Made by a program: the position numbers and the translations under genes. The notes beneath the pieces were generated by a model. It did not search any database. It was given only the letters and a program-made list of their open reading frames with translations, and was not told where the DNA came from. Below are positions 38,360 to 52,482 of a stretch of DNA of 64,000 bases, one piece after another (the first letter of the stretch is position 1; each line of letters begins with the position of its first letter). Source of the stretch: Leucoraja ocellata. Its lineage: Eukaryota. The DNA lies in NCBI GenBank assembly GCA_036785375.1, contig JAWMAR010001182.1, positions 1-64,000 on the forward strand, read 5' to 3'.

Positions 38360-39290
38360 AGGTCATAAGTGATGCGTGAAGAATTAGGCCACTAGGCCCA
38401 TCAAGTCTACTCTGCCATTTAATCATGGATGATCCATCACCCCCTACCCCGAACCCCATTCTCCTTCCTTCTCCCCACAACCCCAGACGCTCGTACTAAT
38501 CCAGAATCTACCTATCTCTGCCTTAAATATATAAATTAACGGCGTCCACAGCTTGGTGTGGCAAAGAACTCCACAGATTCACCACCCATTAATTAAAGAC
38601 ATTCGTCCTCCTTCTTCCCAAATTAACGCCATTCTATTCTGAGGCTATGGCCTATGGTCGTAGATTCTCCCTCTAGTGGAATCATCCTCTCCACGTGCAT
38701 TCTATGCAAACCTTTCAAGATCCGGTAAGTTTCAATGCGGTCCCCCCCCCCCCCCCCCCCCCCCCCACCCCCCCCCCCCCCCCCCCCCCCCCCGATGCTT
38801 CCAATCTCCAGCGAGTACAGGCTCAGTGTCTTCAAACGATCAACATATTTTAACCGCCTCATTCTTGAAATCGATATTGTAAACGTCCTCTGGACCCTCT
38901 CCGCAGCTGGCTCATCATTCCTCAGATATGGTGCCCACAATTGCTCACAATACTCCAAAGGCGAGCTGACCAGCGCCTTTGTAGTGCCTCAGTATTACAT
39001 ACCTGTTGTAGTATTCTTTCCCGATTGAAGTAAATGATAGCATTGCGTTTGTCTTCTTTACTAACAATTCGATTTGCAAATTACCTGGTTTGGGAATCCT
39101 GCACTAGCCCTCTCATGTCCCTTTGCACCTTCGATTTCTTGATTCTCTCCCGATGTTTTGAAATATTCTGCGCCTTCTACCAAAATGCATGACTCCACAC
39201 TTTATTACTCAATATTCCATCTGCCACTTCTCTGCCCACTCTCCAAACCTATCCAAGTCCTTATGTAAACACCCAGCTTTCTCTCCACCA
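38360..39290 (-). mobile_element. Degraded CR1 fragment containing a poly-C tract
   Basis: EYCEQLWAPYLRND and IETYRILKGL motifs. Confidence 0.7.
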
Positions 39291-39476
39291 CCTGTGTATG
39301 GAGCATGCTGCCGGTGAAGGTAGTTGAGGCAGGTACTGTCGCAACGTTTAAGACATATTGCGACAGGGATATGGATAAGATATGTTAACAGGAATATGGG
39401 CCAATCGTAGCCAGGTGGGGTGTGCAGATGGGGTACATTTTTGATCGTGGGCAGGTTGGGCCGGGGGACTATTTTT

Positions 39477-39994
39477 GGGCCGGGGGACTACGAGGCTGTA
39501 GCGGCGGCAGCAGCGGCGGAGACCGGACTCGGCACCGAAGCTGTAGCGCCGGCGGCAGCAGCAGCAGCAGCAGCAGCGGAGACCTGACCCGGCACCGAGG
39601 CTGTGGCGACGGCGGCGGCAGCAGCAGCAGCAGCGGAGACCTGACTCGGCACCGAAGCTGTAGCGGCGGCGGCGGCAGCGGCAGCGGAGACCTGACTCGG
39701 CCTCTGAGCTGTGGCGAGGCAGCGACCACCCACGGAGTTTGAACCGTCGCCTCGGCGCAGAGGGAGAACAAAGAGGGAAGAGCCAGAGACTTTAAGATTT
39801 TGCCTTCCACCACAGTGAGGAGGTGTTTGGTGAACTCACTGTGGTGGATGTTAAATTTGTGTTGATTGTGTGTTTTTGTCATTTTTTAATTATATGTATG
39901 ACTGCAGGGAAACAGAATTTCGTTCAGACCGAAAGGTCTGAATGACAATAAACGAATCTAATCTAATCTAATCTAATCTAATCTAATCTAATCT
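39477..39994 (+). repeat. Inserted retroposon carrying a GC-rich minisatellite (about 4 units of 50-60 bp) and an (aatct)n tail
   Basis: Units agcggagacctgactcggcaccgaagctgtagc(ggc/agc)n; the empty site ggactatttttcacg is at about 9898-9912. Confidence 0.7.
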
Positions 39995-40049
39995 TTTTCA
40001 CGCTGTATGACACTAGAACTGTATGCCAAGATCGAAGAACAACAAGTCA

Positions 40050-43045
40050 TGTTGAGCGTGGCCCCTTAGACAAGAGTGACCATAATATGGTTGAGTTCTT
40101 CATTAGGATGGAGAGTGACATTTTCAATTCAGAAACAAGGAATCTGAACTTAAAGAAAAGTAACTTTGAGGGTATGAGACGTGAATTGGCCAAGGTTTAT
40201 TGGCATTTGATTCTTAAAGGGTCGACGGTGGATATGCAATGGAAGGCATTTAAAGACTGCATGGATGAACTACAACAATTGTTCATCCCAGTTTGGCAAA
40301 AGAATAAATCAGGGAAGGTAGTGCATCCGTGCATAACAAGGGAAATCAGGATAGTATCAAAACAAAAGATGAAGCGTACAAATTAGCAAGAAAAAGCAGC
40401 CTACCAGAGGACTGGGAGAAATTTTCGAGTCCAGCAGAGGAGGAGAAAGGGCTTAATGAGGAAATGGAACATAGATTACTGGCAGGGAACATAAAAACGG
40501 ACTGCAAATGTTTATATAGATATGTGAAGAGAAAACGATTAGTTAAAACAATTGTAGGTCCCTTGCAGTCAGAAACACGTGAATTGATCATAGGGAACAA
40601 GGACATGGCAGACCAATTGAATAACTACATTGGTTCTGTCTTCAATAAGGAAGACATAAATAATCTGCCGGAAATAGTAGGGGACCGCGGGAAAATTGAG
40701 ATGGGGGAACTGAGTGAAATCCAGGTTAGCCGAAAGTGGTGTGAGGTAAATTGAATGGATTAAAGACTGATAAACCCCCAGGGCCAGATAGGCCGCATCC
40801 CAGAGTACTTAAGGAAGTAGCCCCAGAAATAGTGCATGCATTAGTGATAATTTTTAAAAACTCCTTAGATTCTGGAGTAGTTCCTGTGGATTGGAGGGTA
40901 GCTAATTTACCCCACTTTTAAAAAAGTAGGGAGAGAGAAAACTGGGAATTACAGACCAGTTAATCTAGCATCGGTAGTGGGGAAACTGCTAGAGTGTTAT
41001 TAAAGATGGGTTAGCAGCACATTTGGAAAGTGGTGAAATCATTGGAGAAAGTCAGCATGGATTTACGAAAGGCAAATCCAGTTGAGCAGAGGGATCTGGG
41101 AATAACCGTGTATAGTTCCTTAAAGGTGGAATCTCATATAGATAGGGTGGTAAAGACAGCTTTTGGTATGCTAGACTTTATAAATCAGAGCATTGAGTAT
41201 AGAAGCTGGGATGTAATGTTAAAATTGTACAAGGGATTGGTGAGACCAAGTCTGGACTATGGTGTACACTTTTGGTCGCCCAATTATAGGAAGGATGTCA
41301 ACAAAATAGAGAGAGTACAGAGGAGATGTACTAGAATGTTGCCTGGGTTTCAACAACTAAGTTACATAGATAGGTTGAATAAGTTAGGTCTTTATTCTCT
41401 GGAGCGCAGAATGTTAAGGGGGGACTTGATAGAGGTCTTTAAAATGATGAGAGGGATATACAGAGTTGATGTGGACAAGCGTTTCCCTTTGAGAATAGGG
41501 AAGATTCAAACAAGAGGACATGATTTCAGAATTAAGGGACATAAGTTTAGGGGTAACATGAGGGGGAACTTCTTTACTCAGAGAGTGGTAGCGGTGAGGA
41601 ATGAGCTTCCAGTGGAAGTGGTGGAGGCAGGTTCGTTGGTATCATTTAAGAATAAATTGGATAGGCATATGGATGAGAAGGGAATGGAGGGGTATGGTAT
41701 GAGTGCAGGGAGGTGGGACTAAGGGAAACAAGTTGTTCGGCACGGACTTATAGGGCCGAGATGGCCTGTTTCCGTGCTGTAATTGTTATATGGTTATATG
41801 GTTATATGTCTGACGAATCTTATGGAATTTAACGAGGATGTAACTAATGGAGTGGATAAGGGAGAACCAATGGATGTGTTATATCTGGACTTCCAGAAGT
41901 CTTTCGACAAGGTCCCACATTAGAGATTAGTATACAAACTTAAAGCACACGGTATTGGGGGTTCAGCATTGATGTGGATAGAGAATTGGCTTGCAAACAG
42001 GAAGCAAAGAGTAGGAGTAAACGGGTCCTTTTCAGAATGGCAGGCAGTGACTAGTGGGGTACTGCAAGGCTCAGTGCTGGGAACTCAGCTATTCACAATA
42101 TATATTAATGATTTGGACGAGGGAATTGCATGCAACATCTCCAAGTTTGCGATGACACGAAGGTGGGGGGCAATGTTAGCTGTGAGGAGGATGCTGAGAG
42201 GCTGCAGGGTGACTTGGATAGGCTGGGTGAGTGGGCAAATGCATGGCAGATGTAATATAATGTGTATACATGTGAGATTATCCACTTTGGTGGCAAAACC
42301 AAGAAAGTAGACTATTATCTGATTGGTAGCCGATTAGGAAAAGGGGAGATGCAACGAGACCTCGGTGTCATGGTACACCAGTCATTTAAAGTAGACATGC
42401 AGGTGCAGCAGGCAGTGAAGAAAGCGAATGGTATGTTACCATTCATAGAAAAATGATTTGAGTATAGGAGACAACACCAGGAGTATTGCGTACAGTTTGT
42501 TCTCCAAATCTGAGGAAAGACATTCTTACCATAGAGGGGGTACAGATAAGGTTCACCAGACTGACTCCTGGGATGTCAGGACTTTCATATGAAGAACGAC
42601 TTGATAGACTCGGCTTGTACCCGCTACATTTTAGAAGATTGAGGGGGGATCTTATAGAAACTTACAAAATTCTTAAGGGGTTGGACAGGCTAGGTGCAGG
42701 AAGATTGTCCCCGTTGTTGGGGAAGTCCAGGACAAGGGGTGACAGTTTAACGATAAAGGGGAATTCTTTTAGGACCCAGATGATAAAAACATTTTTTTCC
42801 CACAGAGAGTGGTGAATCTCTGGAACTCTCTGCCACAGAAGGTAGTTGAGGACAGTTCATTGGCTATATTTAAGAGGGGGTTTGATATGGCCCTTGTGGG
42901 TAAAGGGATCAGGGGGTATGGAAAGAAAGCAGGAACAGGATACTGAGTTGGATGATCAGCCATGATCATATTGAATGGCGGTCAGGCTCGAAGGGCCGAA
43001 TGGCCTACTCCTGCAACTATTTTCTATGTTTCTATTTTTCTATGT
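40050..43045 (+). mobile_element. About 3-kb CR1 LINE ORF2 fragment with a nested CR1 3' insertion at about 41080-41806
   Basis: MADQLNNYIGSVF, YLDFQKSFDKVPH and GSVLG motifs; the nested piece (ORF 41030-41722) ends in (atatggtt)n and splits KGKS|CLTNL. Confidence 0.85.
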
Positions 43046-44303
43046 TAATTGGCTTGATAAAAAAAACGTTAAATTATCCAACTTGGCGATATGCAGAATA
43101 CTGCCCTGCCTACTTCAAAGTTCCACAGGTTCAGTAGGTAATAACTGAACTGATCATCTTGTCATATTTTAACCCTCCATAACTCATCATGGTTTTGTTC
43201 GCTGCAGAAGGAAAACAATTCTGCATTATCCAGTCCATCTCATAATTCACACTGTCAAATACTAGCATCACTCGTGTGAGGAGAGTTGCATACTCCCTAG
43301 TTTAAATTGATCCGTAGTTCATTATTTCGAAAAATAATATCCCTGTTCCTGTGCTGTACTGCATTGTGAAGTTTCTTTTCCTGCGAATTCCTTAGGTCGA
43401 GTGCAGCAAACATGACACTTCTTTCTTAGGTCAAATCTTTCTTCAGAATGATCTATCCCCAAACATTTACAGCCGATCAGACCCATTCAATTCGTTCTAT
43501 TATCTTGCACATCAACATTCGTGATATATCAAATGGATTAATGCATTGAGCAGAGTTGGCCCTAATATCTGGAATAACACCAACAGCTGTTCACCTCTGT
43601 GTTTTATGATTTAACACATTCATTTAAAGATAGCCTGTTGATCAATAATATTTCTAGCCGCTGTTTATTTCCAGTCAGTTGTCACATTACACATTATATT
43701 CGCCTATTCTTTACTTCATGAAGTGGCAACAGTTGAAATACATTAATGCTGCTGTTGTAGCTGAATTGTATACGATGTCGTCTAGAAGGTTCCCTGTGGT
43801 TTACATCATTTAGACCCTGCCAAAATATGATTATCTTTCCTTTTGAAAGGCAACTCCACGGATATTGTACAAGATGAAATTATTAATGGGTGCATGATAA
43901 ATGAAGGGAACGGTTTCTGGAAAATGCATTGCAAATGCGACAAGTAATATACTGTATTACATCGTAGCATGTGTGGATAAATGCTACAATACACGAATTT
44001 TGCTGCATCTGTGTGCCATGCGTTAAAATTAAAAAATAGAATGTTCACTCGTATTTTACAGTTCCTTAGTTCTATTGGTGCTCAACTGGTGCCTGAGTAG
44101 TGAGCGGTCGCATAATGAGTTTGATCGCGTTGCATCACCTGGGAGCAAACTGTTTGTTCAACGGTCCACAATAAATGTCCGCGGGGAGGTGAACGCACGC
44201 AGTCCTTAAGTTTTTCAAAAAATATAAATATAGCGGTGTTTGACTTCTCACTTTGACTCCTATAAGTTTTGCACTGCATAACTGCGGACGGCTTGAAGGA
44301 AAA

Positions 44304-46677
44304 ATGGGTTGGAAGTGGCACTTGGAATTGGAATATTATTATTATCCAATTCTGGCAGCAATCGGAGTACCCGGTAGGTGAAGGGAACGCAGTAAGTGGG
44401 ACTGAGATGTGGGATGATGTGTTGATAAAGACAATGTCAAAGGTAAAGTGTAAATAGTGTGCGAAACACGGGAATACTAGACTGCATTCTTCAGGTTAGG
44501 GCGGTATTTGAAAATGTTTGTTTAAGAAATTACTGCAGTTGCTGGAGGCATCGAATCTAGACAAAAATGCTGGAGAATTATACAGCGGGTGAAGCGGCAT
44601 CTATGAAGCGAAGGAATAGGTGACGTTTCGGGTCGAGACTGATCAGTCTGAAGAAGGTTCTCGACCCGAAACGTCACCTATTCCTTTGTTAAGCTACTTG
44701 ATCGTTGGTCGTACATTGGATCTGGCACAGGTTAATTCTCTTCAGGTTTAGGTGCATTGTTGCCATGTCTCTCCGGGAGCTGCAAAAAGCTTTGGTTTGC
44801 AATAAATCCAAATTAGATCAAATAATATTAAATAACAGTACAAACAATTCAATCTCAGTAACAGGTAGTGTAAAAGGGGAAATCGGAGTGCAGAGCGTAG
44901 TTCAAGTTTGGGAGCGCACTGCAGCGTATCACTTCCACAAAGCCCAATGTCCGCAAGGGGATAGAGGTGAAACATGGAAATGACAATACCCTGGCATATG
45001 GAAGAGCTGCTCAGAAGCCTGACAACAGAGGGGAAAGAGCTGTTCTGGAGTCTGGTGGAGCGAGCTTTAAGCCTTCTCCATTTTCTGCCCGACGGAGCAG
45101 GAAGTAGAAGGAATGCGCGGGGTGAGACATGTCTCCGTTTCCAAACGATTGTGACGTGCGAACGCAGTCAACAGTGCGGAGTCTATTTCGTGATATGGAC
45201 CCGGCGTCTTCCAGAACCCTGTGCAATTTATTCTTTATGGGGCATAGGTGGCCCCACAACAAGTTTTGTGCGGCACCGTTGTTGAGAATTATTGTGGAAG
45301 GGTGTTACCACTAATTCTCTCGGTTCATTCTTTAGGAAGTTGAGTATCCATTCGCAAGCTGGTGCACTGATCGCTGGGCTGTGGAGTTTATCAATGGGTT
45401 TGGATGGGAGTAGTGTTGAAGGCAAGTTCTCCAGCGGAGAAATGGGAATCTTACTTTCGACTCGTTTGTTGCCCGGCTGTTCCCGGGAAGGGTTTAGGTC
45501 CAGGACGATGGCGTCTGATGCGGACATGTTGCTGCAATATGCAGTCTGCGGTGCAACAAGTGTGGCTGGGAGACAGCTCACGCTACCTGCGTAGACCGCT
45601 GCTAATTAATCCGCACAGCTCCTTGGCATGCACCCAGGTTTGCATGTGGGCCAGTTGTTTTCGAACAAATAAGCAAAGCGTGCCCTAAATTGATCCCCGC
45701 CTCCAAATTAGCATCGCGTTTCCCTTACATGTAACTACAGTTTCCTCTTTTCTACACCCGCAGTGAACTTGCTGGCGATTGTGATCCTGTCGCGCAGAAA
45801 TTGTGGTCTCTCCAAATGCACCACTCGGTACCTGGTGGCCATGGCGACTGTGGACCTCTCGGTGATCGTCTGCGAAGTGATATTACATCGGATTGCCGAC
45901 CTTTACTGGGCGCACTCATTCCTCTTCCACAATACTGTGTGCAGGTCCATTATGTTCCTCGCTCCCGCGGCCGTTGCCTGTTCTGTTTGGCTCACGGTTG
46001 CTTTCACATTTGATCGCTTTGTGGCCATTTCCACTCAGAATCTGAGAACCAGATACTGCACCGAGAGAACCGCGCTGGTGGTTATAGTCACCCTAACGGC
46101 GTTCTTCTGTTTACAGAACGTCCCCTGGCCTTTTGCGTACAGTTATTATTTCAGGGATCAGCAGGGTATACCGTGGGGTTGCCGAATCCGATATCACTTC
46201 TATAGCCTGCCCCCGTGGATTGTATTTTCCTGGAGTCAACAGCTGCTAGTCCCAGTCATTCCATTTTGTTTGATTATGCTGATGAACGTGCTCACTGTCA
46301 GGCGCATTTTAGTGGCCAGTCGTGTCCGCAGAAAACTCCGCGATCTCAGTAGTGAGGACCCCGAAATCGCAAACCGCAGACGGTCCGTAATTTTACTCCT
46401 TGCAATCTCCAGCAGTTTTATGCTGCTCTGGGGCACAAACGTGGCATATTTCGTATTCTATCGATGTACGATTGCATTTATGTACAGGGGGTTGAAGAAC
46501 CCATTTCCAACATTTGAACAAACTGGAATTCTGCTACAACTGTTGAACACCTGCACAAACACGCTCATTTACACCGTGACCCAGAGGAGGTTCAGAGAGC
46601 ATCTGATCCAGGTACCCATGTACCCCTTCACCCTAACTGTACGTTTAATAAAATCGAGAAATCCTTGTGTAAAATAA
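44304..46677 (+). CDS. GPR139-like GPCR, copy 3; join(44304..44373,45764..46677), 327 aa
   Basis: Exon 1 MGWKWHLELEYYYYPILAAIGVP, GT-AG intron 44374..45763, intact 7TM exon 2. Confidence 0.92.
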
Positions 46678-48663
46678 CGTTACATTACTGATCCCTCCGT
46701 GAGTCAAACACTAGGTAATGAAGGAGTTTTCTCTGAAATCATTCCGCATCAATTTTCAAAGAAATAGTTGAGAAATAGAATCCGAACGCGTCCCATGCAC
46801 TGGAAAGCACATTTGGCCATCTATTTAACATGCGACACGGGCGCGTTGTTCAAAGTGCCCAGTGGGGAGGGCGGCCATGTTTAACCGAGTTATATGTTGT
46901 ACTGGAGCAGACCCCCAAAGATTCCGGAATTGAGTCTCGCCGTTAACTGTTTCCACCTTCCTTTGAATCGAGCGGCAACGTCTCCAGCACGTGATGAAAA
47001 CAGACATAGAATTATGGTCCTAAACATTGCATGCTCCATTACTCTACAATTCTTTGAGACGTCCCATGGTTACGTATATAAATGCCCAGTGCACAAATGT
47101 GTTTAATACAATTCTTGCTGCAACATTTACGTCAATGAAAGTTCGATTTTATATTTGTTTCTCGCACTGAATGTAATGTCTCGTTGCTTCTTCCAGAGGC
47201 TTTCGGTTTTCAGTACAATTAGTAACTCTGCACCAGATGCAGCCAAAGGTACTGGGTTCTATTCATACAAGTTGGCATTACTAACTATATTTTTAATGCA
47301 AGCAGTGTGTACCAAGCGAGTGTCCAGTAGAGGGCGGTAAAGTGAGTAAGTTCACCTGTGTGGTAAAGATATGCTGAATCTATTTACATTAATGTCCCAC
47401 CTCCATTGATGCAGCGCCGACGCTGGAGCTCTGCCTATTTTAGATTCGAGGGAATGCTCAGAGAGTCGGATGTATCTCCTCCTGCAGGGCAAGGAAATGT
47501 GAGAAATCCATTAATTTATTTTCCCCACCGATGGCGGCTGAGATCTGTATAGCTCCAAATTTGAGTTGAGCACTCTCTCCCCAAATCCTCCTCTCCCGAC
47601 GCGGTAACAATTACATGTTTACATATTACGATTGACGTTTTTCCCCTCGAGTCCGAGACACCTTCACTGAACATTTTATGCTTTATTTATTGACTTATTA
47701 CTGATTAAAAGTAAGTAAGAAGTTTAAAAACGTCAAAAGAACTTGACTTTAAATCGACCAGCTGCTTAATGGCACGGCTATCAGTGAACAGCGTCCCTGA
47801 AGATTTCATCCTATATTTCACATTATTCGCGATTAAAACATTAAAATTGTGAACTTTCACAAAATTTTTACATATTCTGATCCACATTTATCCCCTCCAG
47901 GCAGAGAGCACCTTCGTTGAACATGTGATGCTTTATTTTTCGGCATTACTGATTAAAGTTTTAAAAAATCAAATTACTTTGAAAATTAACACGGCTAGCT
48001 GCAACTGATGACGTCACGATGGCTCGGATAGCAGTGATCAGCTTCACTGACGTTCGGGAACGGCTTCTGTTGGAGGACCACGCCTCCTGTGGGGGCTAGG
48101 GGTAGGGAACGGGTGCGTTGGGGGAGCAGACCCCATCGAAGCCTCTCATAACTTTACACACCTCAACGAGATCTTCCTGCAATCTCCGACATTCCAGAGG
48201 GAAAGAATCCAAAGATGACCAACCTCTCCCTGCACCGCTAATCCAGCCACCATTCCGGTAAATGAGCAACTGCTGCTCTAAAACACGCTGTTCTTAATAA
48301 ATGTGCCCATCTTGCCGAATTGGCAAAGACATTCACTAATTGCTTTGCTACTGGTCACCAATTTGTACAGCGTGCTAGTTTAGTTAGTTTACATTAGTTC
48401 TTGATATGCGTGGATAGGGTAGACTGTCAGAACTTTGATTTTCCCAACGGTCGGTTCTAACCGGGATGGCTGGACTGGCATATGTTGAACGAATGGAGCG
48501 ACTGAGCTTGTATGCACTGGAGTTTAGAAGGATGAGAGGGCATCTTATTGAAACATATAATGTTATTGAGTGTTTGGACACGCTAGAGGCAGGAAAATTG
48601 TTCCCGATGCTGGGGGAGCCCAGAACCAGGGCCACTGTTTAAGAATAAGGGGTAAGCCATTTA

Positions 48664-49436
48664 GCCATATAACCATATAACCATATAACAATTACAGCAC
48701 GGAAACAGGCCATCTCGACCCGTCTAGTCCGTGCCGAACACGTATGCTCCCCTAGTCCCATATACCTGCGTTCAGACCATAACCCTCCATTACATTCCCA
48801 TCCATATAACTATCCAAGTTATTTTTAAATGATAAAAACAAACCTGCCTCCACCACCCTCACTGGACGCTCATTCCACACTGCCACCACTCTCTGAGTAA
48901 AGAAGTCCCCCCTCATGTTACCCCTAAACTTCTGTCCCTTAATTCTCATGTCCCCTTGTTTGAATCGTCCCTACTCTCAGTGGAAAAAGCTTATCCACGT
49001 CAACTCTCTCTATCCCTCTCATCATTTAAACACCTCTATCAAGACCCCCTTTAACCTTCTGCGCTCCAAAGAATAAAGCCCTAACTTGTTCAACCTTTCT
49101 CTGTAACTTAGTTGCTGAAACCCAGGCAACATTCTAGTACTCCCTCTATATCTCCTCTGTACTCCCTCTATTTTGTTGACATCCTTCTTATAATTAGGCG
49201 GCCAAAATTGTACACCATACTACAGAATTGGCCTCACCAATGCCTTGTACAATTTTAACATTACATCACAACTTCCATACTTAATGCTCTGATTTCTAAA
49301 GGCCAGCACACCAAAAGCTTTCTTTACCACCCTATCTATATGAGATTACACTTTTAGGAAACTGTGCACAGTTATTCCCTGATCCCTCTGTTCACCTGCA
49401 TTCTTCAATTCCCTACCATTTACCTTGTACGTCCTA
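48664..49436 (-). mobile_element. CR1 3' fragment nested in an older CR1
   Basis: (aaccatat)n tail; absent from the paralogous site at about 32010. Confidence 0.75.
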
Positions 49437-50002
49437 TTTAGATGTAGATGATGAAACAAATATTCACACAGTGTGGTGAGTATGTGGTATTCTCTGCCTC
49501 AGGGTGTCGGTTCTCTGGACACTGTCAAGAGAGAGCTGGAGAGGGTTCTTAAAAATATCGGAGTCAGGGGATATGAGGAGAATGCAGGAACGGGGTACTG
49601 ATTGGGGATGATCAGCCATGATCACATTGAATGGCGGTGTTGGCTCGAAGGGCCGAATGGGCTACTGCTGCACATATTGTATATTCAAAGGAAGCTAATC
49701 AGCTATATTCCATCTCCGTCCTGTCTGCAGTATCTCCTCTCTCTGCTTCCAGGCCCATAAACTAATTTATTGCACAAACACATGTGTTACTTTTTAAGCT
49801 AGGAGGGCTCGACTGTGGCAAGTAAATTAACAGGCACAATCCTCGGCAACGTGCAGGATCGTGTCGTTGAACACCTCCGCTCAATTCGCCTCCAACGCGT
49901 CCAATCCCTTAATAATCAATTATGTTTCAAAAATATTCCCTCTCATCCTACTAAATTCCAATGTATACAAGCCCAGCCGCTCCATTATATTCACATATTC
50001 AG

Positions 50003-50965
50003 ATTCAGATTCAGATTTTGATTCAACTTTAATTGTCATTGTCAGTGTACAGTACAGAGACAACGAAATGCAGTTAGCATCTCACTGGAAGAGCGACATA
50101 GAATAGTATTCCAATAAATAAATCTATTTACATACATACAGTCATGGTGTTTTTCCTGTGCGAAGAGTGTCCGGGCGGAAGGAAGGGGTGGGGGTGATTG
50201 GCAGTCACCGAGGTACATTGTTGAGTAGTGTGACAGCCGCAGGGAAGAAGCTGTTCCTGGACCTGCTTTTCCGGCAACGGAGAGACCTGTAGCGCATCCC
50301 GGATGGTATGAGGGTAAACAGTCCATGGTTGGGGTGAGAGCAGTCCTTGGCGATGCTGAGCGCCCTTCGCAGACAACGCTTGCTTTGGACAGACTCAATG
50401 GAGGGGAGCGATGACCCGGTGATGCGTTGGGCAATTTTCACCACCCTCTGCAGTGCTTTCCGGTCGGAGACAGAGCAGTTGCCATACCATACTGTGATAC
50501 AGTTGGTAAGGATGCTCTCGATGGTGCAGCGGTAGAAGTTCACCAGGATCTGAGGAGACAGATGGACCTTTTTCAGCTCCTCAGGAAGAAGAGGCGCTGG
50601 TGAGCCTTCTTGACCTGAGTTGAGGTATTGTGGGTCCAAGAGAGGTAATCGGAGATGTTGACCCCCAGGAACCTGAAGCTGGAAACACGTTTCATCTCCG
50701 TCCCTTTGAAGTGGATGGGGGTGTGCGTGCCGCCCCTGGACTTCCTGAAATCTACAATGAGCTCATTGGTCTTCTTGAAGTTAAGTATTCAGGTTGTTGT
50801 CAGCGCACCGTGCTGCTAGGAGCTGGACCTCCTCCCTATAGGCCGACTCATCGTTGTTGCTGATGAGGCCAATCACCTGTATCATCTGCATACTTGATGA
50901 TGGTGTTAGTGCCATGTACAGGTGTGCAGTCATAGGTGAATCTGAATCTGAATCAGAATCAGAAT
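50003..50965 (-). mobile_element. Rex1/Babar-clade LINE 3' fragment (RT C-terminus, DUF1891-like)
   Basis: ILVNFYRCTIESILTNCITVWYGNCSVSDRKALQRVVK...HPNHGLFTLIPSGMRYRSL; (cagatt)n at the end. Confidence 0.85.
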
Positions 50966-52451
50966 GAACATATTTGCTCCTATACTCAATTCCACTTGTT
51001 ATGCAGGCCAACGTGCGATTAGCTTTCTTCACTGCCTGCTGTACCTACATGCTTACTTTCAGTGAGTGATGTACAAGGACCCCAATTGATACCGATCACC
51101 TTCTCAAGAGCAAAAGTTTCCCTCCCGTTCCAGTTAAATATTTCCCCTCTCGCCTTTAACCTAATTCCTCTGGTTCTTGATACTCTAACTCTGGGTAAAG
51201 TACAAGATACAAGATACATTTATTTGTCACATGTACCAGTTCGTACAGTGGAATGTGTGATCACCATATAACCATACAATAAAATAAAGAACACAACACA
51301 CGATAGAGTCCAACATAAAACATCCCCACACAGCAGAATCAAAGTTTCCCACTGTGATTCACGTGTGATTCACGTTGTCCAATCGATAAAGATTTCATAC
51401 ACTCAGCCTCCTCCGCCCAAGGAATATAGGCTCAAGATATCAAATATCCGTCGTGGACACAGGCCATTCTTCCTACATAATCTGCGCTCACCCCATCCAG
51501 TGGCACTATACTACAAGCTGGAGACAAGTTACAATTTACAGATATTTAAAAATACGCATTTCGAGTCTGGGAAGAATCCGGAACAACCGGAGAAAACCCA
51601 GGCAGTCATCAGAATCTGAATCGGAATCAGAATGCGGTTTATTGGCATTATTTATTTAGCGAATGCAAAGTCCTTTAGCCAATCAGTTGCCTCTTGATCT
51701 GCTGTATGAAGGGTGACAAGTCTTCCTTTGAGTCTTTGTTGAGGACATGCTTCAATGATGTGTTGCATTGTTTGCTGCTCACCACATGCACACCGTGAGG
51801 TTGGACTGCCATTTAAACATAGGTTCAAACGAAATTACGTTCCTGCAGTCATAACAACAACAAAAAAACACAATTATCTCAATTGCACACAAACATCCAT
51901 CACAGTGAATCTCCAAACAACTCCTCACTGTGATGGGAGGCAAAAGTATTATCTCTTCCCTTTTCTGTTCTTTATTCTTCTTCCGCAATCTAGCAGTCAA
52001 ACTGCTGCATCGAGCTGATCGAGGCTTTTGATGTTGGAGCCCCGGCGGGCGATGGTAAGTCCCGCGGCCGCGTCGGGCGATAGAGAGTCCTGCTACGGGT
52101 CGATTTAAACCCCTCGATTCGAGCGGGAGATGTTACCGTTACGCAAGCTCCAAAAAACGGTCTCCCACCAGGGACCTGCGAGCTCCCGATGTTACCGTCC
52201 ACAGGGTCTGCGGCCGGAGACTCAGCAGCCCCGAAGTCGGGTCGCAGCCGCGCGCCGCCACAGGGCTCCGCGCTCCGACGTCGGCCCGCTCCGCGATGGT
52301 GAGTCCGCAGGGTGTGCGACTGGAGCCCCAGGTCGATTCCGATTGGACCCCGCCGGCTGCACGATGTTAGTCCCCAACGACAACGGAGACTCGACAGGGA
52401 AAATGTCCAGTTCGAGTCCCCGTACAGGGAAGAGATTTAAAAGCCCCCCCC

Positions 52452-52482
<31 letters not shown>

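Noticed and set aside
38735-38800. Poly-Pro/poly-Gly ORFs and other poly-C tracts (2232, 10527, 52444, 61673)
   Set aside because: Homopolymer expansions within repeats, variable between paralogs and possibly inflated by sequencing; not coding.
39808-39880. CACAGTG...CACTGTG plus TGTTTTTGT resembling RSSs around a D segment (also 51850-51935)
   Set aside because: Heptamer/nonamer order and orientation are wrong for an RSS or D segment; it is a stem-loop at the 3' end of a dispersed repeat.
41030-41722. 230-aa open ORF as a host gene
   Set aside because: It is the C-terminal part of CR1 ORF2 from a 5'-truncated nested insertion.
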